Positions 14,345 through 27,609 of a stretch of 64,000 nucleotides of DNA are shown here, piece after piece; the stretch's first letter is position 1; every line of letters begins with the position of its first letter. Source of the DNA: Azolla caroliniana. Its lineage: Eukaryota > Plantae > Polypodiophyta. A program made the position numbers and the translations under genes. Location: positions 10,912,001-10,976,000 of the forward strand of contig JBHGNT010000022.1 in the NCBI GenBank assembly GCA_043228905.1. The letters are read 5' to 3'. The notes beneath the pieces were generated by a model. It did no database searches. It had not been told where the DNA came from and saw only the letters and a list, made by a program, of their open reading frames with translations.

Positions 14345-14572
14345 TTACTTGGAGGACTCAAGACTTGTGTTGAACTTGAACGCAACTTCATATTCAAGAC
14401 CATTAGCAAGTTGGACAGGCGGTGACAGTGGTCTCACGAGATTCAGAATAGTACTTGTGGCACAAGGTTTGAGAAGGGAACAATGGAACATTGGGTGAAA
14501 TTGCATGTGGGAAGGGAGATAAAGACGGAAAGTCACCTCATTAATCTTTGATGAGGTTGTAAATGGTCCCCA
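14345..14572 (-). mobile_element. Ty3/gypsy chromovirus integrase C-terminus / chromodomain-start fragment
   Basis: GPF...INEVTFRLYLPSHMQFHPMFHCSLLKP...GLEYEV; flanked by ~110-bp inverted repeats. Confidence 0.75.
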
Positions 14573-16152
14573 TCCCCCACTTTATCCACTACTATGTCAT
14601 GTCTCTCGCTCTCACTCTCTCTCGTTCACTCTATCCACTACTATCTCATCTATCTCTATCATCCATCGCTCTTTCTATCGCTATCTTGTCTTATTTTTTA
14701 TAATTTGAACTAGAATGGTTTGACAAGATTGAGGGAACTTCATTATATAGTGAGTCATGGAACATTGTAGGGTTTTCTAGAATGTTCCAAGAAGTTCTTG
14801 GAAGTTCTAGAATGTTCTAGGATTCTACCAATTATGATATAATATTACAATCTAATAAAAATATGTATCTGATAGATTAATGGTTAAGTCCTTGGCATAT
14901 ATATATATATATATATAGGTTAGAAGTTCCAGCCTTGCAATTACATGGTGGCCATCATTGGTTCTATTAGTGTAGTACCAATGCAAATGTTGATGGCTTT
15001 GCAGAGCTTGCTACGTACAACAAACACATAAACATTGTGCTTGTTTACTCAACAGAGTTGGCTTCAATGGTTACCAACTTTGACACCCTAACAATAGTCC
15101 CTAATGGTTATGATAAAACATTTTCATTGACTACCACCCACCATGGTTATGGGCAAGTCTAGTTGAGACCAAGTTTGATACTAGTACATTTGCAATTTTG
15201 CCATCATCTCTTATGGCACCGCATCAAGTTGACAAGATTTTGCTTGTTGCAACCTTTCTTAAACCAACTATGCTTCTTCTCTCATAGGATGACATTATTA
15301 ACCTAACTACATTGATCTTTCCTTCACGGCTTTTGCCCACGTAGTATCCCTTATCAACATGTAGAATGAGTTTTTCTATATCCTTTTATTTCAGTTGTAA
15401 CACAAGGGTCATGCCTTATTTTTAGGTATCTAAACAATTAACTTTCTTGATCGTTTGATGATGTGATCATGTAAGAAATTGTCATTTTCGTTTTGAAATC
15501 ATTGGTCCAAGTTGAAAGATTTGTTTTTTTGTAGAGATATTATACGAAATGAGACAAGTGTTTGATTCAATCTTGGGCCTTTTAAGCATTTGGAATATTT
15601 CAATGTGATTCTTTCTCAACAAATAGGAAAGAAGTTCATGTTGGGTAACTTTAAGAGTTCTTCTTCAATGAAGATTCATTATTTTTAAACCATAATCACA
15701 AATCGATCCATCCTTGGTGTAAGGGGATATCTCACTAAGGTCTTTCTAATGATAGGTTATCTGATAAATATCTACATCAACTATTAACCATCATGTAATG
15801 GAGATTTATATTGATGATGTGGCGCTTTTGAACCAAACTGGTGTTGAGTGCAAACCATTTCAAATAAGTATCTTTAATTGGTTTTCTAACATATGTTAAT
15901 GATAGGTCACCAAATCAATATCTTCTTCAACTATTAACCATCATTGAATGGAGATTTATATTGATGATGTGGCACTTTCATCATCAATATAATCAATATA
16001 ATTGAAACAATGTTGAGTGCAAACATTTTCGAAAAAGTATGTTCAATTGTTTTTCTTACGTGCAATAATACATAATTAATCAATATGATTCTAAGTATGT
16101 GGTAATGCATTCCCTTTATCTTGTACCTCATGGCTTGTTCTAATTAGTACAC

Positions 16153-19100
16153 TTTTTTTCTTTTTCTTTTTTTTTCCAAAAAAAACTCCTTCCATTAGTT
16201 ATAAAATTTTACAAATGAGTCGACTATGTACAAATCCATGTAGGGACGTGATAGTTCCATCTTATGTGGATGCCCACTGACTCAAGAAAGGGAGAGGACG
16301 ACCATTGTTGTATGAAGGCTATTCGTTGTCTTTCAACTCCATCTGAGCCGCCCTTGAAGCCATCATAGTGGCTCTTTAGAGTGGCTACAATTTCACTCCA
16401 TATCTCTTGCAGTAACCTTGTTGGATGTGCGGTTTGTTTGGAGAAGACACGTCTACACCGTTGTTTCCATAGAATCCAAAGTGTTATTGGGTTGACCAAT
16501 TCCAACACAACTTGAGATTTATCATTAAGAGGAGTTGAGTGGACATTGCCGCTGGTGGAGAAAAGAATCTCTTGTGCTTTTATCACCAAAGTCATCCCCT
16601 CCTCCTGATGCTTGTATCTGCCAACTGGGGTCTGCCATGAGAGCCAACATATATTTCCCCACTTGATTGAGCCTTGCACATGGCATAATTGCAACAAGTG
16701 GCCAACCCGCCGCCATATTCGATGGGACGTTGGGCAGTCCCACAGAGTGTGTCGTATTGATTCTACTACATTTGGGCACTCTACACAATTAGGAGAGCTA
16801 AGGTTCCCACATTGCCATGCTCCCACCCGTAGGGACTTATGTATTAATAGCCATTAGAACGTGGTAATTCGCCTCGCGTGTTGTTGTTTCCAGATTTTCT
16901 GCCAAAACTTGGTGATAATTGTGGGAGGAACTTGAAATGTGTGCCAGACCTTTGCAACAACCGGCTTTCGGGCGGTTTGAGCAGCTAGAATGTGGCGACC
17001 CAATCTAGTTGTGAATTGGAAGAAAGGGATGGGTTTGCTTCCTTGCCCCACGTAAGGATCACACCATGTCCATTGCAAAGGGTCCCAACTGACCTTACGT
17101 AGCCATGTGTTTTCATGAGTACATATGTGCCAATTGGGTTGTACTTTGATCGGATCAAGATCTACAATCCATTTATGACCAGTATACGTGAGTACTCGAA
17201 TTGCATTATTCTATGTTGGTGTCTCAGTGTCTCGCGATTCAGAGCCTTCGATCCTGTCTGGTGTTCCCCTACCTCTCGGGATCAGAGATCCCTCGTCCTC
17301 GTAGTCTATCCATTTCTCCATTGTCGTCCTTTGAGTAGCAGCTTCCCTAATCAGTAGAGTGTTAATTATTTCCGATCTCATAGTCCATTCGCCCCTGATT
17401 CCATGGAGTATGTTGGCTTGATGTTGTAGTGGGATTGCCATAAACCTTCTCCAACATTCTATACTTTTTCCTGGACCTTTTGCAATGTATCCCCATGACA
17501 ACCCCTTACGTGATCCCAATGGTTGATTAAATTCATCCTTGATACATGGGTTCCATAGGATACGTTGACTGAGCCAAGCAGGTTCAGAACTCGGTTGATC
17601 GCACTTGAGCCCTCGTCTAATGTCACACCATGCCTTCCACATGGATGCACCGAATCTATCCTCCAATTGGCGGGAGAAACTAGGTTTGAGATCCATGTTT
17701 AGAATCCATCCCGTTTGGGGGGCCCAATTGACCTCTTTTCGTGGCCTAAAGTAAGCGAAACGTAACCGCAGTAGCATTTTCCAGCAATCATTTCCTGGTT
17801 GGAGTCCTCGCACCACAAATTTTGCAAGTAAGGCATTTGATTGTGAAAGGGGATCAATAAGACCCAATCCCCATCTCAACTTAGGCGTTGTGAGTATAGG
17901 CCACGCCACCTTGACACGACTTACATGATCTTCCTTACCAGACCAAATGTAGTTTCGGACCAGTCATTGAATCTGATGTATACTTTCCTTGGAGATTGTC
18001 TAGCATGGTAGACTGTACCATGCTATTGCGAGTAGTACCTGGTTTGCCACTATGATGCGACCCGCTAGCGACAATTTTTTCGAACTCCAATGTATCAACT
18101 TTTGACGAATGGAATGGATAATGGGTGCAATCATAGTCTCCGGCGGTATGTTGAAACCAATTTGGAAACCCAAATATTTGGTGCTCGCTCCTTGATTGAT
18201 CCATTTGAAAGTGGGATGTGGGTGCCACGCCGGATGTGTTTCATGAGAAAGCCATATTGCCCAGGATTTGTGCCAATTGATCATGGCATTGGATCTCTTG
18301 CAAAATATGGCTAACCCACTTTCTAGCTTTTGGAGGTTTTCCAAGTCCCCTTGCAGGTAGACCGTTGTGTCATCTGCAAATTCTATATCTAGGATGCTCT
18401 GGTGAGAATGAGGTACGAGAAGACCACGTAGGTTGAGATGCCGCGAGTTGAGAAAGCAAGAGAGTGCTTCGACGTATAATAGAAATAAGGTTGGAGCTAG
18501 TGGGCATCCCTGTCGTACAGATCGGGATATTCGGAAAAAAGGGCCCCTTTCACTTGCCAGTGAAATGCAACTGCTACCGTTCCTATAAAGTCCTGCAATG
18601 CCTTTGATCCATGTCTCATGAAAGCCGAGTTTCCCCATCACGCTTTCTAGAAAGTTCCAGCATACCTTGTCGTATGCTTTCTCAAAATCTACTAGCAGCA
18701 CCGCTACCTTGTTGTTGGTACGCTTGGCTAGGGTTACTGCTTCCCAGGATGAGAAGAGGTTGTCTAGGATGCTCTGATTTCTAACAAAACCTATCTGGGA
18801 CAGATGAATGAGTTGAGGGAGAAGTGGTGTTAAACGATGTGCCACGATTTTTGCGAGCAACTTATAGACAGTATTGAGAAGAGTTATGGACCGCCACTTG
18901 CTAATGTCGTTGGCACTCCGACCACTTTTAGGAATGAGATGTATCATCCCATGTCCAAATTCCTCTGGCATGTTTCTAGAGGTGATGATCTCCTCATATG
19001 CATGGAAGAGGTCTTCTTTAATAGTGTCCCAAAGGCATGTGAAAAAGTACGAGGTGAGGCCGTCGATTCCGGGGCAACTATCTGCATCCAAATCAGAGAG

Positions 19101-20441
19101 GGCCTCCCATATCTCGATGATTGATAGGGGACGCACGAGCCATGTATTCATTTCCGTCGTGACTTTCTCAGGTATGCTTTGGAGGATAATATCTTCTCTT
19201 ATGTCTTTCCCTATAGCCATAGTATCTTCGGTGAGTAGGCAGTTATAGTAACTTGTGGCAATATTCCTCATTTCATCGCCATCCTCAGTGGTCGTTCCAT
19301 ACTCTCAATTGAGGTTGCGCATCATTGTTCTAGCATGCCTCAGGCCTTTGGAGTGGAAGAATTCCTTCGTGGTTTTGTCCCCTACTCGAATCCATCGTGT
19401 CATGCTTCCATGAAACTCCATGTCATATATTTCCTTTTCCGTCAAGCTGAGTTCATGTTTGGCCATAGCAACTTGTCCTGCGATCCAACTACATGACGAG
19501 TATCTATGTTGGAGTCGTTGTAAGGCTATTAGTTCCCCTCCTCTTTTCTCTTACTTCAACTCTTCCTATGGTCTTGACAATCTCATGTAGGAGAGTTGAA
19601 GCTCTTGTTAATTTAGCTAGAAGTTTGTCAGATGCTGATGAGTCATTGACGAGTAATGACCATTGGTTGGAGAGTTGTTCCTTCACCTCTATAAATGTGT
19701 AAATAGTGTGTGGGATGCAAGGCTGGAATGGGCCCCATTTTCGGTGCAATTGAAAATGACCAACTATCGGGTAATGGTCAGAGAAAATCGTGCTTGGAGT
19801 TATGCAACACCACCCTCCCTTCGTTCTAGAGCCTCGCCCACATAAATGTGGTCAATGCAAGATAGGGTGGGTCCACTATTTCGCCTGTCTGATCGGGAGA
19901 ATAAGAGAGAATTCCTTTTTCGTTGGAAGTTGTAAGAATGCTAGATGTCTCGCAGGTTAAGGTGTACAAATAACATCTCACATTGTTTACGCTCCCTTCC
20001 TTGTAGAACTATGGGGTTGTTGTTGGAGCTATCGTGAATGGATTCGATCATATTAAAATCCCCTCCAATGCACTACTCTTCTGCACCCGCTACTTGTAGG
20101 CGGATGCGGTCCCAGAATGTTGCCCTTTTTGTTATGTTAGTTGGAGCATAAACATTCATGAAATTCCAACGTTGCCCTTCGATGGCCAACGTGCCAAAAT
20201 GTGCCCTACCAGGTATAAGTGATTCCTGGTGTATTAAGCCTTGGGCTAGATGTTCCCGAATCAAAGTGTAAATACCACCATGATTTCCATCCTCCCCTGT
20301 TGTTGGCTCCCAAATTGTTCGCCATGATCCTAGTAGAAGGTCTCCGACTTCCTTTGACTGCGTATTATCGAGGTGGTGCTCCTGCAACATGATGATGTCA
20401 GCAACACTCCCTAATAAATATTCTTCAAGATCCCTTCTCAG
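16153..20441 (-). mobile_element. L1-clade LINE, ORF2 (endonuclease-RT-zf-RVT), decayed, ORF1 absent
   Basis: Poly(A) tail (T-run 16153-16176). APE motifs (LQEH, NVYAP, GGDFN). RT motifs (PGIDG, DFEKAYDKV, RQGCPLAP, FADD, YLG). C-terminal CxxC...ESIRHTLWDC and LWILWKQR. Confidence 0.95.
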
Positions 20442-20452
20442 TTTATCACATG

Positions 20453-23143
20453 TGTTGAGATATCAAGCTCAACTAGGCTTAGTTATTTTGTCATATGTGT
20501 AACTTAGTTGTTACATACATAGAATCTAGTTAGTGTGTTGACTTCAAAGCCTTAAATAGGGTTTAGGGATACATCCTAGATCCTCCACTACCAAGTACAT
20601 TTAATATAGAACTTACGTCTTTGTACCTACATTCCCTCACACATGTGAACCAGTGTTGGGCAAAGTTTCTAGTCCCTACTGGAAATTTTCCTGCTTCTTA
20701 TGATCTTAACCGGAAATTAAAAATTTTAACTGGCCACTTTCCTACGAGTGATAATGTCAACTAGAACATGTTTTTTTTTTTTTTGGCTCATCATATTATA
20801 TGAAACTAATCGATGTAAGATCTTAATCAAATCCACAACCTTTTATCATGTTATCTTTTCTTGATGACCTATTTACCATTGTGGTGGCCAAAGACTTAGA
20901 TGTCCTTGGCAACACATGAATGTTTAAGGCTTCAATATTATTCATAACTTGTCTATATCTAAGTTGTGTACAAACAACAATGTATAGATACATTTCTAGG
21001 AAATTAACCTCTCCTATCCACGCAAAAAATCATGGCATTTGGTACTTTGGTTATATACATACTCAAAATCAGAATGATTCAAAAGTTGTTATTCCAATAA
21101 TGGTTGTTTAGGCCTATCAATTTTATCTTGGCCTTATCTGGGTTGTCTATCTTCTAGCTTTGTGAATTCATTGAGCTCTGCAATGGAAAAAGGGACAAAC
21201 CATACTTTTATATAGCTTTGAGCCACCACCAACATTGCCAATAAAAGAATAGTGACACGTGCAATGGACACAAAAAACATATTTTATTATTGCTCTTAGA
21301 GGACAAAATATGGCCTATAAGGACCCAAAGTGAAACATTTTCAATATGTGGAATCGATTAGCGACTTTCATGAAATGGAATGAACTGAACTTGAGTGTTC
21401 ATATCTCTACATATACACCATCTACAAGTGAAATAAACAAAAGAAAGCTAGATAGGAGAATGATATGATACTCACTCTAGTCAAACTTAAGAGCCGACCA
21501 ACTAATGTAGATCTCGTTGGTGATACAAAAGAAACAACGTCTCTAGTTCTGCTCTCGTTCAAATCAATAGATAAAAAAATCATTAAATTCAATTTATCTT
21601 CCCCAAAAGAACTTGTTTTTAAAATTAAGGCGTTCGTTAAACGAATGATTTTGAATATGCAAATTTAAATTTTCACTTTCTAGGCATTACCTTTTATGAA
21701 CATCCACATATTCATATGTCTCATCAAAAATCTCTTCCTACATTATTATTAACCCACAAAGGTGCATGGGATGAAAGAAACAACGCACCCCATAGTTGGG
21801 ATGTATGTGCAAATTGCTTGGAGTTCAATACACAAATGAATTCGCCGCATTAAGGCAAACATGAAAACATACCTCTTATGGTTTGATGAGTTGAGGGTTC
21901 CTTCTGCATTTGCATAGATCGGAAGGCTATCAAACATCTCATAATCTCCACAACATGAGTACAAACAGATGGCCTTATGTCCCACATCATTGTTATGTTG
22001 CTGACACAGAGACAACATATTAAATCAGTGTCCATATTAATTGCACAAAAGATCAATTGCCTGTGGGCAATAACCAATTGGAGCACGATACATATATCTA
22101 CATTACATGATAGAAGTATTCCGTCTCCATCATCCGGCCAACTAATTTCAATTCTTGCTAAACAAGAAGATATGAATTCATCTTCTCCAACAACAGTTAG
22201 AAATGGTGGTTCATGCTTTTAAATAATCCTAACACATATGATTCAACATGTCGAGCCCCTCCCTTGTTCCTTGATAGAAATCGCGTCCCACTAATTATTG
22301 CTTCCAATTTCTTGTCTTTGTTAGCAAGTTGTAGCATCAACAATAAAAACTCTAAAACCTTGAGTACATTTACCAAAAATTCATTATGATGATAAGAAAA
22401 AACCAAAAAAATTGATCCATAATGAAGATAAAAACAAAAAATATTTCCAGTTACATAACAAAAATAAAGGAAGGTTTAAAGGAAACCAAAATTGATTGAA
22501 GAAAATGACTTACTTTCTTCTTGTCGGGATTTCTCAAATTTCACCACTCCTTCGATGAGTACACTATTTGTGAAGAGATAATACAGACATGGGAAAAGAG
22601 AGGGAAAACAAGGGAAAAAGAGGGATTCGAGAGTAGGGAAACAAGGAAAAACACACTCAAAGAGGGAGAAAGAGGGAAACTAGTTTTTTAAACATATTTT
22701 TTTAAACAAAATGCAGGAATAGCCGGTTACAAAAATATGAACCGGCTAGATTCCGGTTTTTTGGAAATTCTAGCCGGAATAAGTTCCGGCTCTCTCCCAC
22801 CTTAGCTGGCAAAAGTCCCAACCTAACCGGAACACTGACATTGTTCCTAGGACTTTGCCCAACACTGATGTGCACCCTTGCACATGAGATGTATATATAC
22901 CTCATGGTGGGTATTTTTGTTCTTCTTGATACCTTTTAATATAAGCAAGAGTTCCTTGAGCTACACGTGTGTTAATCATCCCCCATCTTGTCTTAGTGTT
23001 TATAAGTGTACTTCCTCTCATTCTCTCATACATCTATGCACACTCATATCATATAATCTTCCGCTACTTAATAACATACATGATTAACTACTCACATAAT
23101 TAGATTATTATTAACCCTTAGTTAATTACCTAATTATTTAACA
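20453..23143 (+). mobile_element. Solo copia-type LTR (~466 bp) split by a hAT element
   Basis: Starts TGTTGAGATATCAAGCTCAAC (like family A LTRs) and ends ...TTTAACA; perfect 5-bp TSD ACATG (20448-20452, 23144-23148). Confidence 0.85.
20651..22867 (-). mobile_element. Degenerate hAT DNA transposon
   Basis: TIR CAGTGTTGGGCAAAGT; 8-bp TSD ATGTGAAC/ATGTGCAC. Minus-strand transposase relics FVSPTRSTLVGRLL and VFCVHCTCH (CxxH). Subterminal ACCGG repeats. Confidence 0.85.
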
Positions 23144-23990
23144 ACATGTAATATAGCAAGTGTATTATTTGTATAGAGTGCTCAATGACATCGATTACTT
23201 TTAGCTTAGATATACCAATCATAAGTGAGTAGAAGCAATACATGTCTTGCATGACCAAAGAAATTTGGATACATTTAATATTGTAGCAAGCTAGCAAGTA
23301 GAAAGATTGTGATAAAACCATCACACAAGAATATCCAATAAACTCAAAATGCATTTTGCCCAAACAACACATTTGTTTAACATTCGGGGCACATGTGTTC
23401 TTATGCAAATGGAAGCTCTATGAATGGAAATGTTGGAAGCTTCACATAGAACTCAAAATAAATAGTACACAAAGATAATTGACAGGATTGCAGTAAAACT
23501 ATAAGGGGTGAGTTATCGTTATAGAAAAGTTATGCCTTGAAATTTTGAGGGAATTACTATGAAGGATAAGTGCTTATGACAAGTCAAATAAAGAACATAG
23601 ACCTTGTAAGACTTGAAAACAAAAGGGATAAGACCGAAACTGCAAATTAGTGTCAACATACATGACATGAGAGATGAACCATTGATAACTATGAATTACG
23701 TAATTTTCTACAAGGCTAGGATTGAAAATTTCAGCTATGGAGCATCAAGGAAGTAATAAAAGGAAATAATTATATACATGTCTCAGTTGTTACATGTAGT
23801 GTTAGGACCAAAAAAAGACTTCATGAGTTGTGTATAGGCACATGTGCCTTGGAAAACTATGGGAGTTTCTTGACACTTGAGCCCAAAGGTTGTGAAAACA
23901 ATATGAAGAATCGAACGAAGGAAACAGTGTTGTTGAATGCCTTTAGTATATTTGATGCACCACAAATCTATAATGACAAGGGGTGGGTCG

Positions 23991-24580
23991 GTGTTACACC
24001 ACCGAAATTTTGTGATTAGGGTGGATCTTTGATCAGACTTGGACTCACGTGTCAACACTGCTCGATTGCATGAAAGATGACTAAGTGAAGAATGGGGACA
24101 TGTTGAACATACCACCCAACCACTCTCTGTTCAGCCTAAAACGACCTCTGTGAGTCATGGGTGTCTTCTCCATCCGCTGAGAAGTCTTTAGAAGCCCATG
24201 ACACACGGGGCCTTCTCAATGGTAGAGAAGGCCCTCGCCTCAATCCGTTGAGGATGGTGTGTTGTGGTTCCGATCACGGAACCCCACCCCCTCAAGACAA
24301 CGGATGCGTTACAATGGGTGCCGTATCTACCCATCGAGAAGGCCCTCGCCTCGATCCGTCGAGGGTGGTGTGTTGTAGTCCCAATCGCGGAATCCCTCAA
24401 CAACACGTCAGATGTGTTACACAGTTGGGTCGAGAGACAATGCGGTCTCGAGGGCCCGATGGGGCGGAGCGGGCAAAAAGCATCTGCATCCGCAAAGCTC
24501 GATCGGAATCGAGATCCGAGCAGATCCGAGCAGATCAAAGCATGGACGTAAAATGGCCGGATCTTGCGCCATAGCGGGGT
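23991..24580. repeat. GC-rich LTR-like fragment with ~110-bp tandem duplication just upstream of KASI
   Basis: Begins TGTTACACC where similarity to the 12.9-kb paralog stops; GAGAAGGCCCTCGCCTC unit at ~24225 and ~24337; GATCCG-rich tract resembling LTR U3 at ~30020. Confidence 0.4.
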
Positions 24581-24606
24581 AGGTGCTCCTGGGCCACAGC
24601 CCCTTG

Positions 24607-24619
24607 GGAGACAAGGCAC

Positions 24620-24653
<34 letters not shown>

Positions 24654-24822
24654 CCCACATCTCTCTCTCTCTCTCACTCTATGTGCCTTGTCTCCTTTGA
24701 GTGAGAGAGAGAGAGAGAGAGAGATGTGGGTCTCTCTCTCTCTCTCTCCTCTGTATGCATGAGGAATTGAATTGGGCATGCATGAATGGAGAGGCTTCTT
24801 CTCTCTCTCTCTCTCTCTCTCT
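24607..24822 (+). promoter_or_regulatory. GA/CT-repeat and hairpin-rich proximal promoter region of KASI
   Basis: (GA)n/(CT)n tracts 140-350 bp upstream of the ATG; inverted repeat GGAGACAAGGCACATAGAG / CTCTATGTGCCTTGTCTCC. Confidence 0.5.
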
Positions 24823-24963
24823 GCACCTTTTCTTATACATACATATAGAGAACCAACAATAAGAAAGAAGAGGAGGATCTGCTCTGAAGCTTTGCCCCCC
24901 CCCCCCAAATCCTTCTGAGAACTTCCTGGCCCTGGTTGTGCCCTAACAATTACTACTACTACT

Positions 24964-27575
24964 ATGGCCTCTTCTTCCTCTCCTCTGTTTCTTCAATTCA
25001 ATGGGCTCAGAGCTTCGGAAGCCTCTTCTTCCTTCCTTCCAGATTTTGTTTCCATGTCTCCTTCTCTCTCACAACCCCCTCAAGGTACTTCATACTTCCT
25101 TTTTTCTCTGTTTTTAATCCATGCCTTAACGTGACAATGTACATACATTATGAGGGGAATTTTCTCCCCATGTTTCTGTTGTTGAGCTTCTATTCACAAA
25201 CCAAATCTTTTGATGAGTAAATTATGCGTGAAGGGTCTTTTTTTGTTAATTTATGCGTCTTCCTCTGTGTAATATAAGAGTAGTTCCTTCTTCCTGTTCT
25301 TTTTATACGTTGAAGATCTCATATGGGAACCTATGCATGCATACATGCATGTGTTAGCTCATCACAATTAGGTTAAGATCATGTTTGTATTCCAATCGTT
25401 GCGAGTTTCTTAGCATTGTTTGCCTAGTATCGTTTCTAAAACAATAATGGGATTCGATTATCGAACATTCTATGAGAGAACTATGCTTGAGACTTATGGG
25501 TTCAGCTCAAATTTCGAGAATATTCTATCAAAAAACTATGCTTGGGAGTTATGGTTTCATGCTGAAATTTGTATCCTCATTTTGAGAATATTCTATCGAA
25601 AAACTATGCTTGGGAGTTATGGTTTCATGTTGACATTCGAATCCTCATTTCGAGAATATTGTATCAAAAAACTATGTTTGGGAGCTATGGTTTCATGTTG
25701 AAATTCAAATCCTCGGATTTAGTCTCATATGTTTGTAAATTTTTGTTTTCCTCAGGCAGGAATGTGGCCTTAACCAGGGCTATGGTTGCCTCGGCACCCA
25801 AGAGAGAGAAAGATCCGAAGAAGAGAGTTGTGATCACGGGGATGGGATTGGTTTCTGTCTTTGGGAACAATGTGGACACATTCTATGATAAGCTTCTAGA
25901 AGGTCAGAGTGGTATCTCTCTGATTGACCGTTTTGATGCCTCTCAATTCCCGACCCGATTTGCGGGCCAAATCAAAGGTTTCTCATCCGAAGGCTACATC
26001 GATGGTAAGAATGACCGTCGGCTCGATGATTGCCTCCGATATTGCTTAGTCAGTGGAAAGAAAGCATTAGAGAATGCTAATCTCGGATCAGAAAATTTGT
26101 CGACGGTAATGTCTGTTCAAATTTAAAAGTCTTATTGTAAGGATTTTTTTTTGCAGTGTGTTCCATGATCAAATATTTCCATATGTGTGCGTGGATAGTA
26201 CATTGTGAAAACCATTTTATTGTCGGTAATGTTTGTTCAAATGGAAAGACAGTTTTATAGTCGGTAATGTTTGTTCAAATGGAAAGACAGTTTTATATAG
26301 GAAGAAAAAGTGTTCTATCAGTTAAAAGAAGAGATAGATCTTCCTTTAAAAGTCTCGTAAGGATTTTTTTCGCAATGTGTTCCATTGATCAAATATTTCC
26401 ATGTGTGTGTGCAGTAGTACATTGTGAAAACCATTTTCTCGTGAAACTTCAAAACATGAAGTCATGGAAAATCGATCCATGGTGGAGATGTTATACATCA
26501 TGTTGTCAACTATCTAATTCTTGCACATTGGTCTCTATTTTTGTTTGTGGAGATCTCTAAACTTTTGTTTTATTGGTTCCTAGATTGATAAGGCGAGGAT
26601 AGGCATACTTGTTGGGTCTGGAATGGGTGGTCTGACTGTATTCTCTGATGGAGTCCAAGCTCTAATCGAGAAAGGATACAAGAGAATAACACCCTTTTTC
26701 ATCCCATATGCTATTACAAACATGGGGTCTGCACTATTGGCAATAGACTTGGGTCTAATGGGACCAAATTATTCAATCTCAACAGCATGTGCAACATCGA
26801 ATTATTGTTTCTATGCAGCCGCAAACCATATTCGCAAAGGAGAGGCCGATATAATGGTGGCAGGTGGAACCGAGGCAGCTATAATACCTGTAGGCTTAGG
26901 AGGGTTTGTGGCTTGCCGAGCGCTTTCTCAAAGGAATAGTGAACCAGAAACTGCATCTCGCCCATGGGACAAGAACCGGGACGGATTTGTCATGGGTGAA
27001 GGAGCCGGCGTCCTGGTTCGTTCTTTGAAAAATAGATTAGTTTTATGTGTTCTCTTTGTGCCTTGTGCGTAAATCTAAGTTGATCAATTGTATATGCACG
27101 TATATTGTCTTTTTCCTATGTATAGGCACATGTTCTTTGAATGTCTGGTTTTTTCTTCTTCTTTTTGTTTTGATGCATAGTGATCTAAAATGATTCGATT
27201 TCTTATGGATGTTTTGACGATTGGAAGTTGATCCAATTGTATATGCATGCATATTGTCTTCTCGTAATGTATATGTGCATGTTTCTTTGAATTGTCTGGT
27301 TTTTTCTTTTTTTGTTTTGATGCATGGTGATCTAAAAGGATTCGATTTCTTATGGATGTTTTGACGATGATTGGATGTTTTCTTCTCGGAAGGTAATGGA
27401 GAGCTTAGAACATGCTAAGAAGCGAGGGGCCCCGATCATAGCGGAATATCTGGGTGGTGCTGTCACATGTGATGCTCACCACATGACTGATCCACGGGCT
27501 GATGGCTTGGGTGTGTCGACTTGTATCATCAATGCACTCAAGGATGGAGGCATTTCATCAGAAGAGGTATATGTT

Positions 27576-27609
<34 letters not shown>

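Larger units (their letters stand above)
9636..15860. repeat. Large diverged inverted duplication (left arm ~9636-11170; right arm ~13780-14185 plus ~14950-15860)
   Basis: Collinear reverse-complement matches, e.g. 9721-9870 vs 15630-15775, 10340-10390 vs 15320-15370, 10755-10880 vs 14058-14185. Confidence 0.85.

Noticed and set aside
24161-24908. Overlapping 95-163 aa ORFs upstream of KASI
   Set aside because: They arise from GC-rich repeat and microsatellite sequence; no recognisable domain.
25569-25755. N-terminus of ORF 25569-26126 as the KASI start
   Set aside because: Intronic tandem repeat read in frame; an acceptor at 25755 and exon 1 at 24964 give a proper transit peptide.
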